DNA of 64,000 nucleotides, from assembly GCA_964016885.1 (NCBI GenBank), contig OZ024741.1:201004001-201068000 (forward strand), given 5' to 3'. Positions 31,839-45,236 of the stretch are shown here, piece by piece. The notes under the pieces were generated by a model. The model made no database searches, had not been told where the DNA came from, and worked only from the letters and a program-made list of their open reading frames with translations. A program made the translations under genes and the position numbers. This stretch comes from Eledone cirrhosa. Its lineage: Eukaryota. Position 1 is the first letter of the stretch. Each line of letters opens with the position of its first letter.

Positions 31839-32712
31839 CATACATCTATCTATCTCTCTCTATATATATATGCAATATACATACAGAGAGAAAGGGGTGA
31901 GAGAGCGAATTATCTTGGATGCTATTCATCTACAAACATTGATTTAATCGTTGATATTGACCCGAATGTTATTTTTTTCAAGGCTGGTACTTATATTATC
32001 GATCTCTTTTTGTCAAACACAAAACGGCAGAAACACACACATTTACACACACACATACACACACAAACATGTATGCATACATGCATACATACATGATGGC
32101 TGCCCCCTCCTTATCGAGTATGGCTATTGCATGATATACCATTATTAATAATTATTAATTAATTCTATCGTGTAATGCCTGTGCGTGGAGATATTTTTTA
32201 AAGTGAGGAAAGACTGTGCACTGAGCCAATCCCACTCTCTGAGCGACAGTAGCTATAACCCGAAAAGAAGAAAAGATCAACATCATCGGTAACTACTGAA
32301 CCGCAGGTTTTATATCGGAGTTATCCCAGTTTCCTGAGTTGCCTTCTCCTAGAAGAATGTCCTGACAAAGGCTAGGGTCCTTCACTCCCAGTGGTTTAAC
32401 CGCGCGGTACATGTGTATAGACATATTTACACACTTTTGGATGGCCGTTGTCTCTTATGAGTTCTTCCGCCCTTTGTCAGGTTTTGTTTTTTGTCCTGCA
32501 GGGTGTCCAAAATCACCCTCCTCACCAAGTAAACTTGGTGGGGTTGCCGGTTTAGTCGCTGTCGACCTGACCATGCGACAGGTTGTACTGGGTTACATGT
32601 TACCAGTAGCACTCAAGAGTGACCCGACCATACATACATACATACATATCTATAGCAGGTGAAATTTCAGTGTAACAAGACTTACTATTTCTCCTTAATA
32701 AAATCAACACAT

Positions 32713-32870
<158 letters not shown>

Positions 32871-33559
32871 TCAAAATAGGGAGCGCACAGGACAAGGACA
32901 ATCGTAAAAAAGCCAATAGGAAGACAGTCCCATCTCCCCAGTCAACCTCTGGAAATCACTATGGCCGCGCTGCATCAAGGTCGACGCCGCTCATTCCAGT
33001 GCACATTGGGACATAACAAAACAGGCAGGAACTAGTTATGCCTTTTGATAAATTACACAAATATAGAGTGCGCAAGGAGAAAATATAGAAAAGAGAGAAA
33101 TAGTAAGACAGAAGAGACTAAAGACTGTTGTCCAATGTGCAGACAAAGAAGGACACTGAGACATAGAAAAGGTAAGAACGGAGAATATATATATGGAAAA
33201 ATGGAGGTAGCAAGTACCTTTATGAAGAAGGTAGGAGACAGGCTAGGCGGCAAGTATATCAGGCAAGGAGAGAAGCAGAAAAGGAAAAGTTTACACATAT
33301 TCTACAATGCGATGTTATCGGGGAGGAGTGCGTCCGTGGCGACAATAGTATATTTGCTCTCACAACGCTGGATCTATGACAGGATTAGAGACGAAATTTC
33401 AGGCATGGAAGCACACCTTGGAAATAAAAAGCCTCTGAACCTGGCGAAGATAAAAATTCGTAGTGAGCTGAAAAGAAAACAGGCCTCTCATCCCCCTCAG
33501 GGAAATGGCCCTGCACAGTATGCAGGAAAGGAGTAGACAGAAACTCAATCCGGTATCCC

Positions 33560-34805
33560 AAATGCAAATTTTGAGTACACAAGATATATAGTGGGAAATC
33601 AGGCAGGCTAGCAAAAAACAGATTTCATATATGGATGTCGCACAGGAGCAGTAAGCAAAAACCCTCAGGGAACAAGCTCCTTTAAATGTACAGAGGACCT
33701 CATAGAAATAGTCGATAGTTTCTGCCACCTGGGTAACCAAATCAGCAGCGGTGGTGGATGCGCAGAAAGTACAGTTGCCAGAATAAAGACGGGATGGAAA
33801 AACTTAGGGAGCTGCTGTCGTTGCTAGTAACAAAAGGTTTCTCACTCAAGATAAAAGGCAAGCTGTACGATGCCTGTGTTCGAACAGCAATACTACATGG
33901 AAGCGAAACATAGGCACTGCATGCTGAGGATCTACGGAGAGAGGAAAGAAATGAAGCTTGTATGCTCCGATGGATGTGTAACAGCAGTGGGCGTGAACGG
34001 TGAAACTAAGTATAAGAGGGATCAAATGCTGTGATACGCACAACTGTATAAAATGGTGTAGTGCGCTCGAGGTTGTGGGTTACCTCGTAAGAAGAAGACC
34101 TAGGAAGACGTGGAATGAAACGATAAAGGCTGACCTGGCTCAGCTGAACCTCACGACGGGGATGACACAGGACCCAGACCTCTAGCCCTATGATGTGCGA
34201 CAAAAGATCTGAGTCGACAACCAACAACCGTGACTTGTGCTAAGGAAGGGCATCCAGCTGTAATGAAATCCCAGTCAAAATACGGTCCTGCTATGAGAAA
34301 CACAGGTTCCTGCGCGGCCAACAGGCCAGACCTCCCTCATAACATGCCCACCTAGCTCCCATAAAATGGCTCCACTGGCCAGACTTGCCTCGTGAGTGTC
34401 GCCACCTTCTTCCAATCTGTAAATGTGGTTGGTGTTTGGAGAGGCATCCAACAGCCACACAAATCCCAACTAAAAGAAAAGTCCCGCTTTGAGCAGGATA
34501 CTGCGCGGTCAACAGGCCAAACCTACCTCATAACGGGACCTTCCAGTTGCACGATTCCACTCCGAACAGGGTACGGCGTAGCCAACAGGCCAGACCCTTT
34601 CTCATAACGGACCACTCAGTTCCACACTGTAAACACGGTTTTTACTTCTGTTGGAAGGGCATCCAACAGAAGTAAAAACCGCCTAAAAACACATCCAATA
34701 TGAGAAAGGCATGGCCTTACCAACTGGCCAGGCTTGTCTCATAACTTGGGAGATCCGTCTAGCCCATGCAAGCATAGAAAATAGTTGTTAAATGGTGATG
34801 AGGAT
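33560..34805 (+). mobile_element. Decayed RTE-type LINE, RT C-terminus and 3' UTR
   Basis: EIVDSFCHLGNQISSGGGCAESTVARIKTGW...KGKLYDACVRTAILHGSET...RRRPRKTW with stops and frameshifts. Confidence 0.8.
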
Positions 34806-34864
34806 CACACACACACACACGCAAACACACAAACACACACACACACACACACATACACACACCA

Positions 34865-34954
<90 letters not shown>

Positions 34955-35084
34955 GTATATACATATAGATATATATATAGATATAGATATATATACACAC
35001 GACGGGATTCTGAAGTTTCCGTCTTCGAAATTCTACTCACAAAACATTAGTCAACCTAAGACTACGGTAGAAGATGCTTGACTA

Positions 35085-36470
35085 TTGTTTATCAGGTCTC
35101 TTTCGGCGAACAGCCTTCAAAGTCCACGACTCCGAGGAGGATCGATTGTATACAGCTCAGAAACACCTTTGTTTTTGTGTCATTGTGGATGGCTGCCTTC
35201 CACACCCTCTGCAAACTGTGATGTGTACTCAACGCCCGAGCAATCCTGATATCCTTGTCGCGGCTAGAGTCAGTGTAACAACCCAGATACTTGAAATCAC
35301 TCCCGAATTCGATATGTGAGTCATCTGATGCGTGCGAGTGGTCATCGGTAAATGGATTCAAGTGCATGCACTTCGCCTTTCGTAGATTCAGAAACAGATC
35401 AACATCCTGGTATGCTTTCTCAACTCTGAAGAGATCCTGTGCAGCTTCGATCATAATATTGAGAAGCGCCATGTCATCAGTGTCAAGCCATCGGTTTCAG
35501 TGATCGAAGTGCGCAATGCATAGTCTAGACAGATGATGAACAAAAACGGGTGAGAGGGTCACTCTGGAGACCCCTGTGTCGATGTTGTCCACATCAGTCT
35601 CACCATCTTGGATAATTTCTACAGCAGAAGTATTCTCGTACATTACTCGGATCATGTTGACTACATCAAGTGGAATGCCATAATATTAATACAGCCTCCA
35701 TACAACGGTTTTTAAATTATGCTGTGGTGGATCGGCTTTGGTGAAAACCCTTTTAATTCGAATGTAAAACTTCGTCGATAACTTGTCGAATTCTGGTAAT
35801 CAGACAGCGGTTGTAAATCTTAGATGGAACTTGGGAGAGTGAAATGCCAGTGTAATTATCTGTTTTGTTAGGTCGCCGCCTTCCTTCGATGTTAGACCGG
35901 AGATTCCCTCTTGGGGCAGTTTCCATGATAGGTTTCATGATAGGTTTCAATACAGAACTTCAAGAGACTCTTCTGCAACTTCTTCAGTTTCGAAAACTCT
36001 GAAAGGAGGCCACCCAAGCCTGGTGCCTTTTCATCTTTTAACTGATGAATTGCAATGTTTACACCTTTCTTTATTAAGTTGGATCAGCGTTTAACAAGTT
36101 TTAGAAGCCATTCTCCTAGGATTTGAGTCGATCTCCACCCTCAGTGAATATCACGCTGTGAGACTTCTTCTTGGAAAGTTTCTTGACAATGCCCCAAGCA
36201 TTTTTAATGACAGATGTTGCTGGGGTCTCAAAGGAGCAAAGTATGTTATCGATGTGTTTGTTTTCAAAGTAGTCGAACATTTTACGCAAGCTATTCTGAG
36301 CCACTTGGATATTCTTGTAAAGTTGCCTTGGGCGCAGAAACAACAGGGTAAATGTCCAAGATTTTTGGATGAGGGTGAGGCTTTGAAGGTAGTAGTTCTG
36401 CACCAGTTGTTGTTGCAATCTTAACAAATGATGAATAATCCTGGTCAGCTGCAGGTAAATTGTGAGAAGC
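35085..36470 (-). mobile_element. Decayed non-LTR retrotransposon RT (RTE/RTEX-like)
   Basis: DNYTGISLSQVPSKIYNR; LFLNLRKAKCM; DFKYLG; DIRIARA; frameshifted. Confidence 0.75.
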
Positions 36471-37778
36471 ATGAGTTATCGCTACCCCACAAAATCAACT
36501 TCAACAATTAGTAAATAAAGATAGGAAATTTAGAAATGTTCAAGGAAAAACTTTATTTTTTCCACCTTAAGGTAATGGGGACGTCTATTATTTACAAAAT
36601 GAAAACAAATACAGCTCCTTTATCAAAGCATTTGCTAAAAATTATATTTTACCTTGCCGGAACAATAACAAGACGTGTGAACTATGGAAGAAAAAGAACA
36701 AAGACGCAAGAGAAAATGTAACAACAAACACATAAATGGAAATAGACAGACCTATAGACAAGATTAATAGTGGAAATAAAACAACATCTAACCACAGAAA
36801 AGTAATGAAATAGAAACAAACGAAAATTACACAAAACTTACCGTTCCCATGACACATAAAAGTACACAAAAGCAAAGGAACACAACATAGGCAATCACAC
36901 ATATAATAATTGAGAACCCAAACTAAAGTGAAAATTACTATTATGCAAGAAACATAGAGAACAATACATCAAATCAAAAACACACAAGAAAAATAAAAAC
37001 TGAAGAACAAAAAGACAAAGACAATAGAGACAGAACGAAATACACAGGCAAAACAAAAATATACCCTCATCCCCACATCTAACATCAAACAGAATAAAAA
37101 CACACAATGACAGACCCACCAGTATCATTATTAAGGTGGAACTGACTGAAGTAATTTAAAAAATAGAAGAAAACATCATGCAATCAATAAACAAGAATCA
37201 ACATAAACACTTCACCAAACTACAGATGAATAAAACGTTATATGAAAGAATAAATATAACAGAGCCCTGTAAGAAATTATTATCATGACAAACAGACCGA
37301 ACGACCTTCTCTACTCAGTGGCAGTAGTGATACCAAGACAAACTGAGCTTGACTCTAACAGCGAAAAACCCTAGCTAAATCGAAAACACTACACACTGGT
37401 CCAAAAAAATAGCTCTGCTGGGATCAGCCCACATCTTCCGCAAGACATTATCGATTCAATGACACGATTCAACTAGAACAATCTTTACACACAACACAGC
37501 TTATACAATAAGCTCCTAGTAAAATAAAACAACACAACTAACACAAAATATACTCATCAAGATTAATACCTAATAAAATAACACAACTCACATTACACAC
37601 ACACAGAACAAAATAAAATAACATAAGAAACAAGACTGATGCAGTACACTAACGGGAGGAGGAGGCTATTTTCCTCCAATTCCCACAAAAAATGAGAACA
37701 CAATGCTGCACACACCCCAGGAACATGGAAGTACACTCAGTGGGGCAGTAGAAGCTCGTATGAAACTACCAAAGAAAT

Positions 37779-37945
37779 AATGGTTTCTAATTTAAGCACA
37801 AAGCCAACAATTTTAGAGGAAGGAGAAAGTCGATTAAATTAACGCCAGTGCGTTACTGGTACTTTATTTTATCAAACCTTTAAGGATGAAAGGCAAAGCA
37901 CCTCCTTGGGATTTGAACTCAGAATGTAAAGAACCGTAACTATAT
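37779..37945 (-). mobile_element. Older tRNA-SINE interrupted by a MITE
   Basis: actggtactttattttatcaaacctttaaggatgaaaggcaaag...gatttgaactcag. Confidence 0.7.
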
Positions 37946-37946
37946 G

Positions 37947-38340
37947 CCAGTGTTCCTCGGAACCCTAGGGTTCTGCAAGAGGTCGCTAGGGGTTCCACGA
38001 GAAACTGATAAATAATATAAAAGAGATATATATTGATAATTGTTTCTACTTTTGGCACAAGGCCAGCAATTACCCAGTGCATTACTGGTATTTTATTTTA
38101 TCGACCCCGTAAGGATGAAAGGCAAAGTTAACCTCGGCGTGATTTGAACTCAGAATGGCAAGGGCCGTAACTCTATGTGTCATAGCATGGCGTCCGACCC
38201 TCTACCGATACTGCCAATCCACCCCCATGAGATATATATTGATAATGGTATATAATAACTTTTATGCAGGGGTTCCCTGAGACAAGAAAACTATCTCAAG
38301 TGTTCCACAAAGATAAAAAAAATTTGAGAAACGCTAGTAT
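37947..38340. mobile_element. Putative hAT-like non-autonomous element containing a SINE insertion
   Basis: ccagtgttcctcggaaccctagggtt...ggggttccctgag...ttgagaaacgct resembles Charlie-type ends; TIR and TSD not clean. Confidence 0.4.
38041..38228 (-). mobile_element. Young tRNA-SINE with 18-bp TSD
   Basis: Full-length copy; gagatatatattgataat at 38023-38040 and 38229-38246. Confidence 0.9.
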
Positions 38341-38576
38341 AACCAACTCCAAACTTCATTCCCCACCACTCACATATATGCTAAATGTCAAACAACACGT
38401 ATTATTTAGCCCAAGATTTATAAGAGAGAAATGATGCGCCCAAAACTTGACATCACCAAGAACAAATACCCCGACACCCGACGAAAATAACAATAATCTA
38501 AGTAAAGAGTCGAAGATTATTCTTCAAACCTCGCAAACAAAACATACACGAGAAAAATGTGCTCCTAATGTACATA

Positions 38577-38744
38577 CCATATTTCCCGGCGTCGAAGACG
38601 CTACTTTTTCCCTAAAATAAATTTCAAAAATATACCATGCGTCCTGGAGACCGAAGGTTGTTTATTATTTTTTTTTAAATGTTTGGTTGTCAAAACTAGG
38701 GTACGTCCTCGAGGACGAAGCGTCTTCGGCGCCGGGAAATACGG
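38577..38744. mobile_element. Tc1/mariner-pogo-type MITE
   Basis: 26-bp TIR ccatatttcccggcgtcgaagacgct / agcgtcttcggcgccgggaaatacgg with TA on both sides; second copy at 46418-46748. Confidence 0.85.
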
Positions 38745-39059
38745 TACCTATTTTACAGTGATACTCTGCCCGCAAAACTAAACTGCGGCAATATAATTTG
38801 AAAGGAAAACAGTCTGCATCTAAACGTAGCAAACGTAATACGACATTTTCTCATAAGGACACAAATATAAGGACACAAAATACAATATCTAAAAAGAAGA
38901 GGAAGTATGTATAGACCCGTAACTCTTGATGGCGTCATGGGGGCGTTTGGGGGTATTTTTAAACATCGCAAAACCCACCCGCTCTCCAGATCTGTGTACA
39001 GCCATTTTCTTCCAGAGAAGGAGAGTGAGTGATTGAGGGGAAGTGAGAAAGAGATATAG

Positions 39060-39190
39060 AGGAAAAAATCGATCCCAGTACTGGACAAGTAATTTTTATT
39101 GTCGTTTTCGGAAGGATTAAAGGCAAAGTTGACCTCGGTGGTTGTTGAACTCGGGGCGCAGAGAACCAGTAACGAATACCACAAAACATC
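39060..39190 (-). mobile_element. Old tRNA-SINE fragment
   Basis: gaaggattaaaggcaaagttgacctcggtgg...tgaactc. Confidence 0.55.
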
Positions 39191-40699
39191 AAATTCGCAG
39201 CTAAAAGAAATGATACATAACGAAACTACCAATAACTAATACAAAGTGAACACGACAAATAACATTCAGAACGTAAATCACAAAATAGAACTAATACGTC
39301 TAGGAAACAAATTTTTTTAAAATCTTAGAATCAACCCCAATACTTGAGTGGAACTTTAATTTAACGAGCAGGGAATTTAATGATCAGGGATATCGAGACT
39401 AGAAATATGTTGTGACATAACCACTACCTAATAGTTAAAATGGTGATTTACCATGATCAATCGACCCTCTGAAACGATGGTAACACAATGAACTAATTAA
39501 GAACCTATCTTCGATTTTTTGTTTTATTGTCATTGTTCAATACACATATATATAAATTACTGTTGCTTGAGAAGAAACTTAGATGGAACATTATGTGAAT
39601 AAAGCCTACTACAAAAGCTTTAGCTCTCACCGACTAATCACGTTGAAACCATCTCTTCACGGCTGCATTGAGTTCTAACAACGTTATCGGCTCCACCATA
39701 AACAGGTGGATACCAATATATATATAGAGAGAGAAAGAAAGAGAGAGATAGGGACAGAGAGATAGAGAGGTGGGGAGGGGTGAAAAATTCCGACAGTGGC
39801 GCCGAGCGGTCCGGCTTGTGTGTTCAATAAGCTTTACGAAGGTGTAGTTTACACTATAAAACCATTACTTACAGCCTACCAAGCCTGAACTGCAATAATA
39901 TCGCAGAAAATGGCCTAAACATCTGAAAAAAGATGTTTCCAGAAGGGTAAAAGAGATTCGATACCCCAAGGCTTTTGACAATTACCCCCCTGAATACGGT
40001 AGCGCCAATAAGAAGCAGATGCATTAAACACATCGAGAATAAATGGCAAATAATTCTATAGATAGACAAAAGTGGGAATTATAAAATGAACACCCTCTTC
40101 ATTAGAAGAGGATGTTGAGATTGTGTAGACGAACATCAGCCATATCCATGATCATTTCAGCTTTTCAGACGTTATCCCCTCAAACTACAGAATACAGAAT
40201 ATTCTGTTTTGTTCTTCTAAAAAAAAACCAAAGAAAATGGCAACGATGTATGATTTGAGAGATTGGTATTTTTAGCATATCGAATAGCGACGACGTAGAG
40301 GCTCTTTCATTAGCGAATATAGTGGAGGACTTTCAGTGTTAAATAGCAATACAGCAACGTTGTTTTTACTAAACGAACATAATAGATTGACAATTGCAAA
40401 ACAAGCAATATGTTATTTATGCCTGATAGCGCTGTGTTGTTAGATACTATTTAAAGGGTCTCATTCTTTTTTCTGTCGATGTTAACGTCTGTCAATACTA
40501 TTTGTGGCAGTTCTTGCTATTTATACTTGCTATTGCTTCTTAAATAATCCTCCGAACTACATCTGTATGCATGGTAGATGTAACTTGTGAGGCTGCCCAC
40601 CTCCAGCGTGTGTGTGTGTAAGTTATACATAATCATATACCCCTCCTCACACGCACACACGTGCGCGCGCACACGAATTACACATATGTGCGTGTGATG

Positions 40700-41976
40700 T
40701 TTTATTTAAATGTATATTAGACGTAAATGAAATTACAAGATATCTCCTTCAAAATATGACCCTTAATGAAGTCATACAGTAGTTCCCACGTTTTTTTCCA
40801 TTGTCCGTAGCAGTGCCGGAATCATTTTGTATGAGTGTCCTTAGCTCATCGGTTACAATTTTCTGTATGCTTTCCACAGAACCAAAATGACGACTCTTTA
40901 ACTTCAAATTAAACTCGGGGAAGAGGGAGAAATCACATGGAACTAGATCTGGGGTGTATGGAGGATATGGAAAAGTAGGAATATTTTGTTTTTTTGTCAG
41001 AAATTCTTTAATTGAAAATGATGTTTGGGGGAGCGCGTTAACGTGAAGCATCAGCCATTCTCCTGCAATATTCTTTTGGAATCATTGGGCCTGTTTTCGA
41101 AGTCGTTCCAAGATATCTTTGTAGAAGGTACGATTTACTGTCTGTCCTTGAGATCAAACTTCTTTGTGAGCAATACCACGGCTGTCGAAAAAAATGATAA
41201 TCATCGTTTTCACTCTAGAGCTGCCCATGCATGATTTTTTCAATGAAGGAGAATTTTTTGTGTGTCACTCCTCACTTTGCTGTTTTGACTCTAGATCATA
41301 ATGAAACACTCTTGATTCATCTGTTATTACTTTATACAAGAAATTTGGCTCAGTTTCGAGTCTTTCTAGCAAATCCTGGAAAATTCCAATCGGTTCGCAT
41401 TTTGCACCACAGGTGAGTGTTTGGGCAATACTTTTGCATAAATTTTTCGCGTGCGCAAACGGTCTGTTAAAATTTTGTGAACTGCATTTGCATCCGAGTT
41501 AGTTTCTTCTGCAATCATCCTAACATTTAATCGACATCCTTTCAGCATCCCCGCTCACACCACTTCCACATGTTGTTCATTTGTTGACCAGATAAACCTT
41601 CCAGAACGAGGTTTGCCTTCAACATTTTCTCGGCCCTCTTTGAAAGCTTTGTGTCTCAAAAAATCCTCACTTCTCGATAGACTGACGTCTCCATAAGATT
41701 GTGTTTAGGAATTAGATGTTTTGGTGGCAGATTTTTTGAGTTTCATACACAATTTGATCGTGGACCGATGTTTGATTTTTTTTAGGCATCGCCAACATAA
41801 GAAGTTATAAGCTCACCTATACATAGACAGCTATAACTCACGACTGACTCAATCGATCATGTTGAAAGAAGTATGTACGTGCAGCCAAGGTCATAACCAA
41901 CACACATTAACGAGGTGCTGCATTACCAGGTCGTGAATAGGAAATACCGTACTCTTAATTTCTGGACAAACGTCAC

Positions 41977-41978
<2 letters not shown>
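40700..41978 (-). pseudogene. Decayed mariner transposon (DD34D-type transposase)
   Basis: PYPPYTPDLVPCDFSLFP (YSPDLAP motif), LNVRMIAEE..VHKILTDRL..RKIYAKVLP (WVP-like); multiple frameshifts; ends approximate. Confidence 0.85.
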
Positions 41979-42019
<41 letters not shown>

Positions 42020-42020
<1 letters not shown>

Positions 42021-42299
42021 CCAAAGATTAGTATGTTTCGTTGATTACTCAATGAATACAATTTTACAATAGATTAGAAGCACTCAACAGTAAAGTTTTC
42101 CTGGAGTTTTTAATATTATTCAAAATATTAACAAATGAAAAGATTTCTCATAATCAAAATATATACTTTATTATATATATATTTCAAAGGTACTGTGTTT
42201 TTTTCAGTACGTCCTCATCAGACAAAATATAGGATTTGATATATAACATACCCCTACGGTCTTGATTATACAATTCGAGTATTGGCAGTACTGCCAATA
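42020..42299 (-). mobile_element. Family H pLTR element with hammerhead at 42163-42230 (minus)
   Basis: Minus: atattttgt CTGATGA ggac-gtactg..cagtac-cttt GAAA tatatata TA ataaagtat; 5' end capped by the 20-bp palindrome tattggcagtactgccaata. Confidence 0.8.
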
Positions 42300-42384
42300 T
42301 ATATATACATACATACACACATACACCATATATGTGAATTATACAAACACATACAAATGCAAATATAAACATATAGGCATACAA

Positions 42385-42465
<81 letters not shown>

Positions 42466-42639
42466 ATATTTCGATGACACTTAATTGTTTGATAAATATA
42501 GTTAACTTATGTAGTCGATGTTCGTTGTTTTTATGCATATAAGGTGCGTATTTTTAACTCTTACTCCTTCCTCACTCACTTCCTCTCTCTCACCCTATAC
42601 ACACACATATATACATATACACACAAAGATATATATATA

Positions 42640-42997
42640 TATAAAGAAAAGGAGATGAAATCGAAAATGCAACTGGAGTCTTATTTTTTTTTTAAATATA
42701 TATATTTATTTGGTTCCTTTACCGGTTTCGCAGTTCTTCTGCTTTTCAAAAGGTAAGTTGAGATGGAGGGTCTGTGGTTTTTCTCACATCAGATGTGAGG
42801 AAAACCACAGACCCTCCATCTCAACTTACCTTTTGAAAAGCAGAAGAACTGCGAAACCGGTAAAGGAACCAAATAAATATATATATTTTTTAAAAAAATA
42901 AGACTCCAGTTGCATTTTCGATTTCATCTCCTTTTCTTTATACTTTCACTCGTGTAGGACACCTCGGTTATTTTTCATTTTGTAAAAAAAACCTCAC

Positions 42998-43003
<6 letters not shown>
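42640..43003. mobile_element. Family E fold-back element (about 150-bp arms) with U3-A8 variant hammerheads (42716-42753 -, 42829-42866 +)
   Basis: cctt TTGAAAA gcag-aagaa-ctgc GAAA ccgg TA aagg; palindrome centre cacatc-a-gatgtg at 42791; 60-nt tail. Confidence 0.85.
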
Positions 43004-43073
<70 letters not shown>

Positions 43074-43076
<3 letters not shown>

Positions 43077-43331
43077 GAGGAGACTGAGGTTAGCTGGACA
43101 TGCTCACCGATATCCAGAGTTGACATTGCACTCAGTGCTCCTTTGGGAGCCCCTACATGGACACACTAGAAGAGGAAGACCAAGGTTAACGTATGTTGAT
43201 GCCCTAAGGACAGACACTGGTCTATTGGAGCCGCAGGACATGGCAGCGATAATGAGGGACAGAGACTGCTGGAGAGAACTCGTCCATGGATCTCGGGAAT
43301 TTTACCCGCCTTAGAATAGAATAGAATAGAA
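43074..43331 (+). mobile_element. 5'-truncated LINE 3' end with (AGAAT)n tail
   Basis: RLRLAGHAHRYPEL..VLLWEPLHGHTRRGRPRLTYVDAL..MRDRDCWR then tagaatagaatagaatagaa. Confidence 0.85.
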
Positions 43332-43335
43332 TATA

Positions 43336-43693
43336 TATTAAAATAACAGATTAAAGTTTAAGCAAAGAATCGCTGCTTTCACCCTTAACGACGTATTAAT
43401 GACGTATTATTCGTTTTTCCCGTTCTTTGCCAGGGAACGTTTCCACAAACCAAAGTATCGTCTTCCTGTCTTCCTCCGGTTGCAACGTTTTTTTAAATAT
43501 CCACTTTTGCGTTTACAGATTGACTTTGTTAGTTTCAGAAGATCCCGTTAAGGGTGAAAGCAGCGATTCTTTGCTTAAACTTTAATCTGTTATTTTAATA
43601 AATATTTGCTCTACGGTTCTTATATATTTGATATATATTTATCCTTATCGAGCCCTCTTTGGATTTTAGTCTTCAAATTTACTATTATTACTA
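43336..43693 (+). mobile_element. Family G pLTR with 55-bp inverted arm and hammerhead at 43531-43581 (U4A change)
   Basis: agttt CAGAAGA t-ccc-gttaa-ggg-t GAAA gca-gcgattctt-tgc TT aaact; 43336-43390 is the reverse complement of 43546-43600. Confidence 0.8.
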
Positions 43694-43721
43694 TATATAT
43701 ATATATATATGGTGTTTTGAT

Positions 43722-43905
43722 ATCTCTCTCTCGTTTTTCTCTTTTTTTCTTTTTTTCTTTTTTCTTTTTTCTTTTTTCTTTTTTTCTTTTTTTCTTTTTT
43801 TCTTTTTTTCTTTTTTTCTTTTTTCTTTTTCTTTCTTTTTCTTTTTCTTTCTTTATCTCTCCCTTTCTCTCTCCACTTTTCTCTCTCTCCGTCCTTTTCC
43901 TTCTC
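43722..43905. repeat. Polypyrimidine (T5-7C)n tract
   Basis: About 180 nt, almost purely C/T. Confidence 0.9.
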
Positions 43906-44019
43906 CGTAACACAACGACTTACTGATAAACAAATCCACTATCCCTGATGTCTTCCAAAAGTAACGGTTGCATTTTGAAAGGGTATGTCAATATTTATTT
44001 ACAAAACTGGTATATATTG

Positions 44020-44084
44020 TATTTTGTCTGATGAAAGCATACCATAATTTAACATGGTATCCTTGAAATATGTATAATAAAATA
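44020..44084 (+). ncRNA. Hammerhead motif (family H-related)
   Basis: tattttgt CTGATGA aag-c-ataccat-aatttaac-atggtat-c-ctt GAAA tatgta TA ataaaata. Confidence 0.8.
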
Positions 44085-44687
44085 GATATGGTTTTATAAA
44101 TATAGTTTCCATTTGTTAATATCGTATATATATATATATGCATACAAATAGAAAGAGAGAGAGTGTGGGAGAGACAGAAAGAAATGTGTGTGTGAGTGTG
44201 ATTTCGAGTTACGCAAGAATGAGCTCTAGATATGTAAATATAGAAGTAATGTCTATATTTTAATACATGGTATTATTAATATATTTAAAAAAAACTGTTA
44301 GTTTCATAGAGAATATTGACAAAAAGACGTATTCTCCTTTATCAGAACTTGTGCGTTCGTCTCTTCATAGCTATTCATCAGATGATTATCTATGATAATA
44401 TGCATGTACAAGTTCTAATAATGGAATATACTTGCTTTCTATATTTACATATCGAGGGTTCATTCTTAGTAATACGAAATCACATTCAAGTCTATATTAT
44501 TTATATCTATAAAGGCCGAGGTTAACAAAAGTAGAAACAATTATTTATCTCTCTCTCTCTCTCTCTCTCTCTCCCTCTCCCTCTCCCTCTCTCTCTCTCT
44601 ATATATATATATATACACACACACACATACATACACACTCCACTACTGTCCAAATAAATAATTTTAATCGGCACTAATATAATATAT

Positions 44688-44820
44688 ATAGCTGTCGAAA
44701 CTGCCGGAGCTCAGCCGTCTGCGTCCTGACTCCTTTCCTATTACTCACTCTACTACAGTAAGTATCGAGTACTCTCGTGCGTTATGGTCCACCTGGTATC
44801 TTACCACACCTTCTTTGTTA
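44688..44820 (+). mobile_element. Family C diverged single arm + tail
   Basis: tagctgtcgaaactgccggagctcagccgtc...gagtactctcgtgcgttatggtccacctgg. Confidence 0.75.
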
Positions 44821-44934
44821 CTACCAACTCATAATATTATAATATTATAAAATTAAATCAAAAAATTGTTTAATACTACAAGTGAAGTCATTCTTTTCCT
44901 TTTTTTTTTTCAAATTCCGTATAACCATGTCGAT

Positions 44935-45074
44935 TACGAGCTGAGGATCCGCTAAGGTGAAACAATTGTTTTCGGTATGGTGAACTAACTGTTGTGTGAC
45001 CACTTCTACCTAACTCGTCCCTTGGACTGAGTGCTCTACCACTACGGATATTATCTTCCAGTGTTCTACCACTA
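44935..45074 (+). mobile_element. Family B pLTR with hammerhead at 44937-44974
   Basis: cgag CTGAGGA tccgctaaggt GAAA caattg TT ttcg; perfect ACAATTGT palindrome; full tail running into (TA)n. Confidence 0.85.
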
Positions 45075-45114
45075 TATATATATATATATATATATTTGAA
45101 AACACCATGTTTTA

Positions 45115-45172
45115 TTCATTCTGACGACTGAAAACAGATATATCTGCTTTCAAGAAACCACTGGTAAATGAA
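45115..45172 (+). ncRNA. Hammerhead motif (family L) between two (TA)n tracts
   Basis: ttcatt CTGACGA c-tgaaaacagat-at-atctgctttca-a GAAA cca-c-tgg TA aatgaa. Confidence 0.8.
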
Positions 45173-45198
45173 ATAATTATCTTATGTTGTTTATTACA

Positions 45199-45236
<38 letters not shown>

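Noticed and set aside
33045-33536. 163-aa ORF
   Set aside because: Purine-biased sequence adjoining a decayed LINE, with no recognisable motif
39873-39922. Possible minus-strand 50-nt exon (ttttttcag...gtaagt)
   Set aside because: Splice-like sites alone are common, and there is no recognisable peptide or neighbouring exon
44340-44390. Minus-strand CTGATGA near 44380
   Set aside because: No convincing stem II, GAAA or stem I
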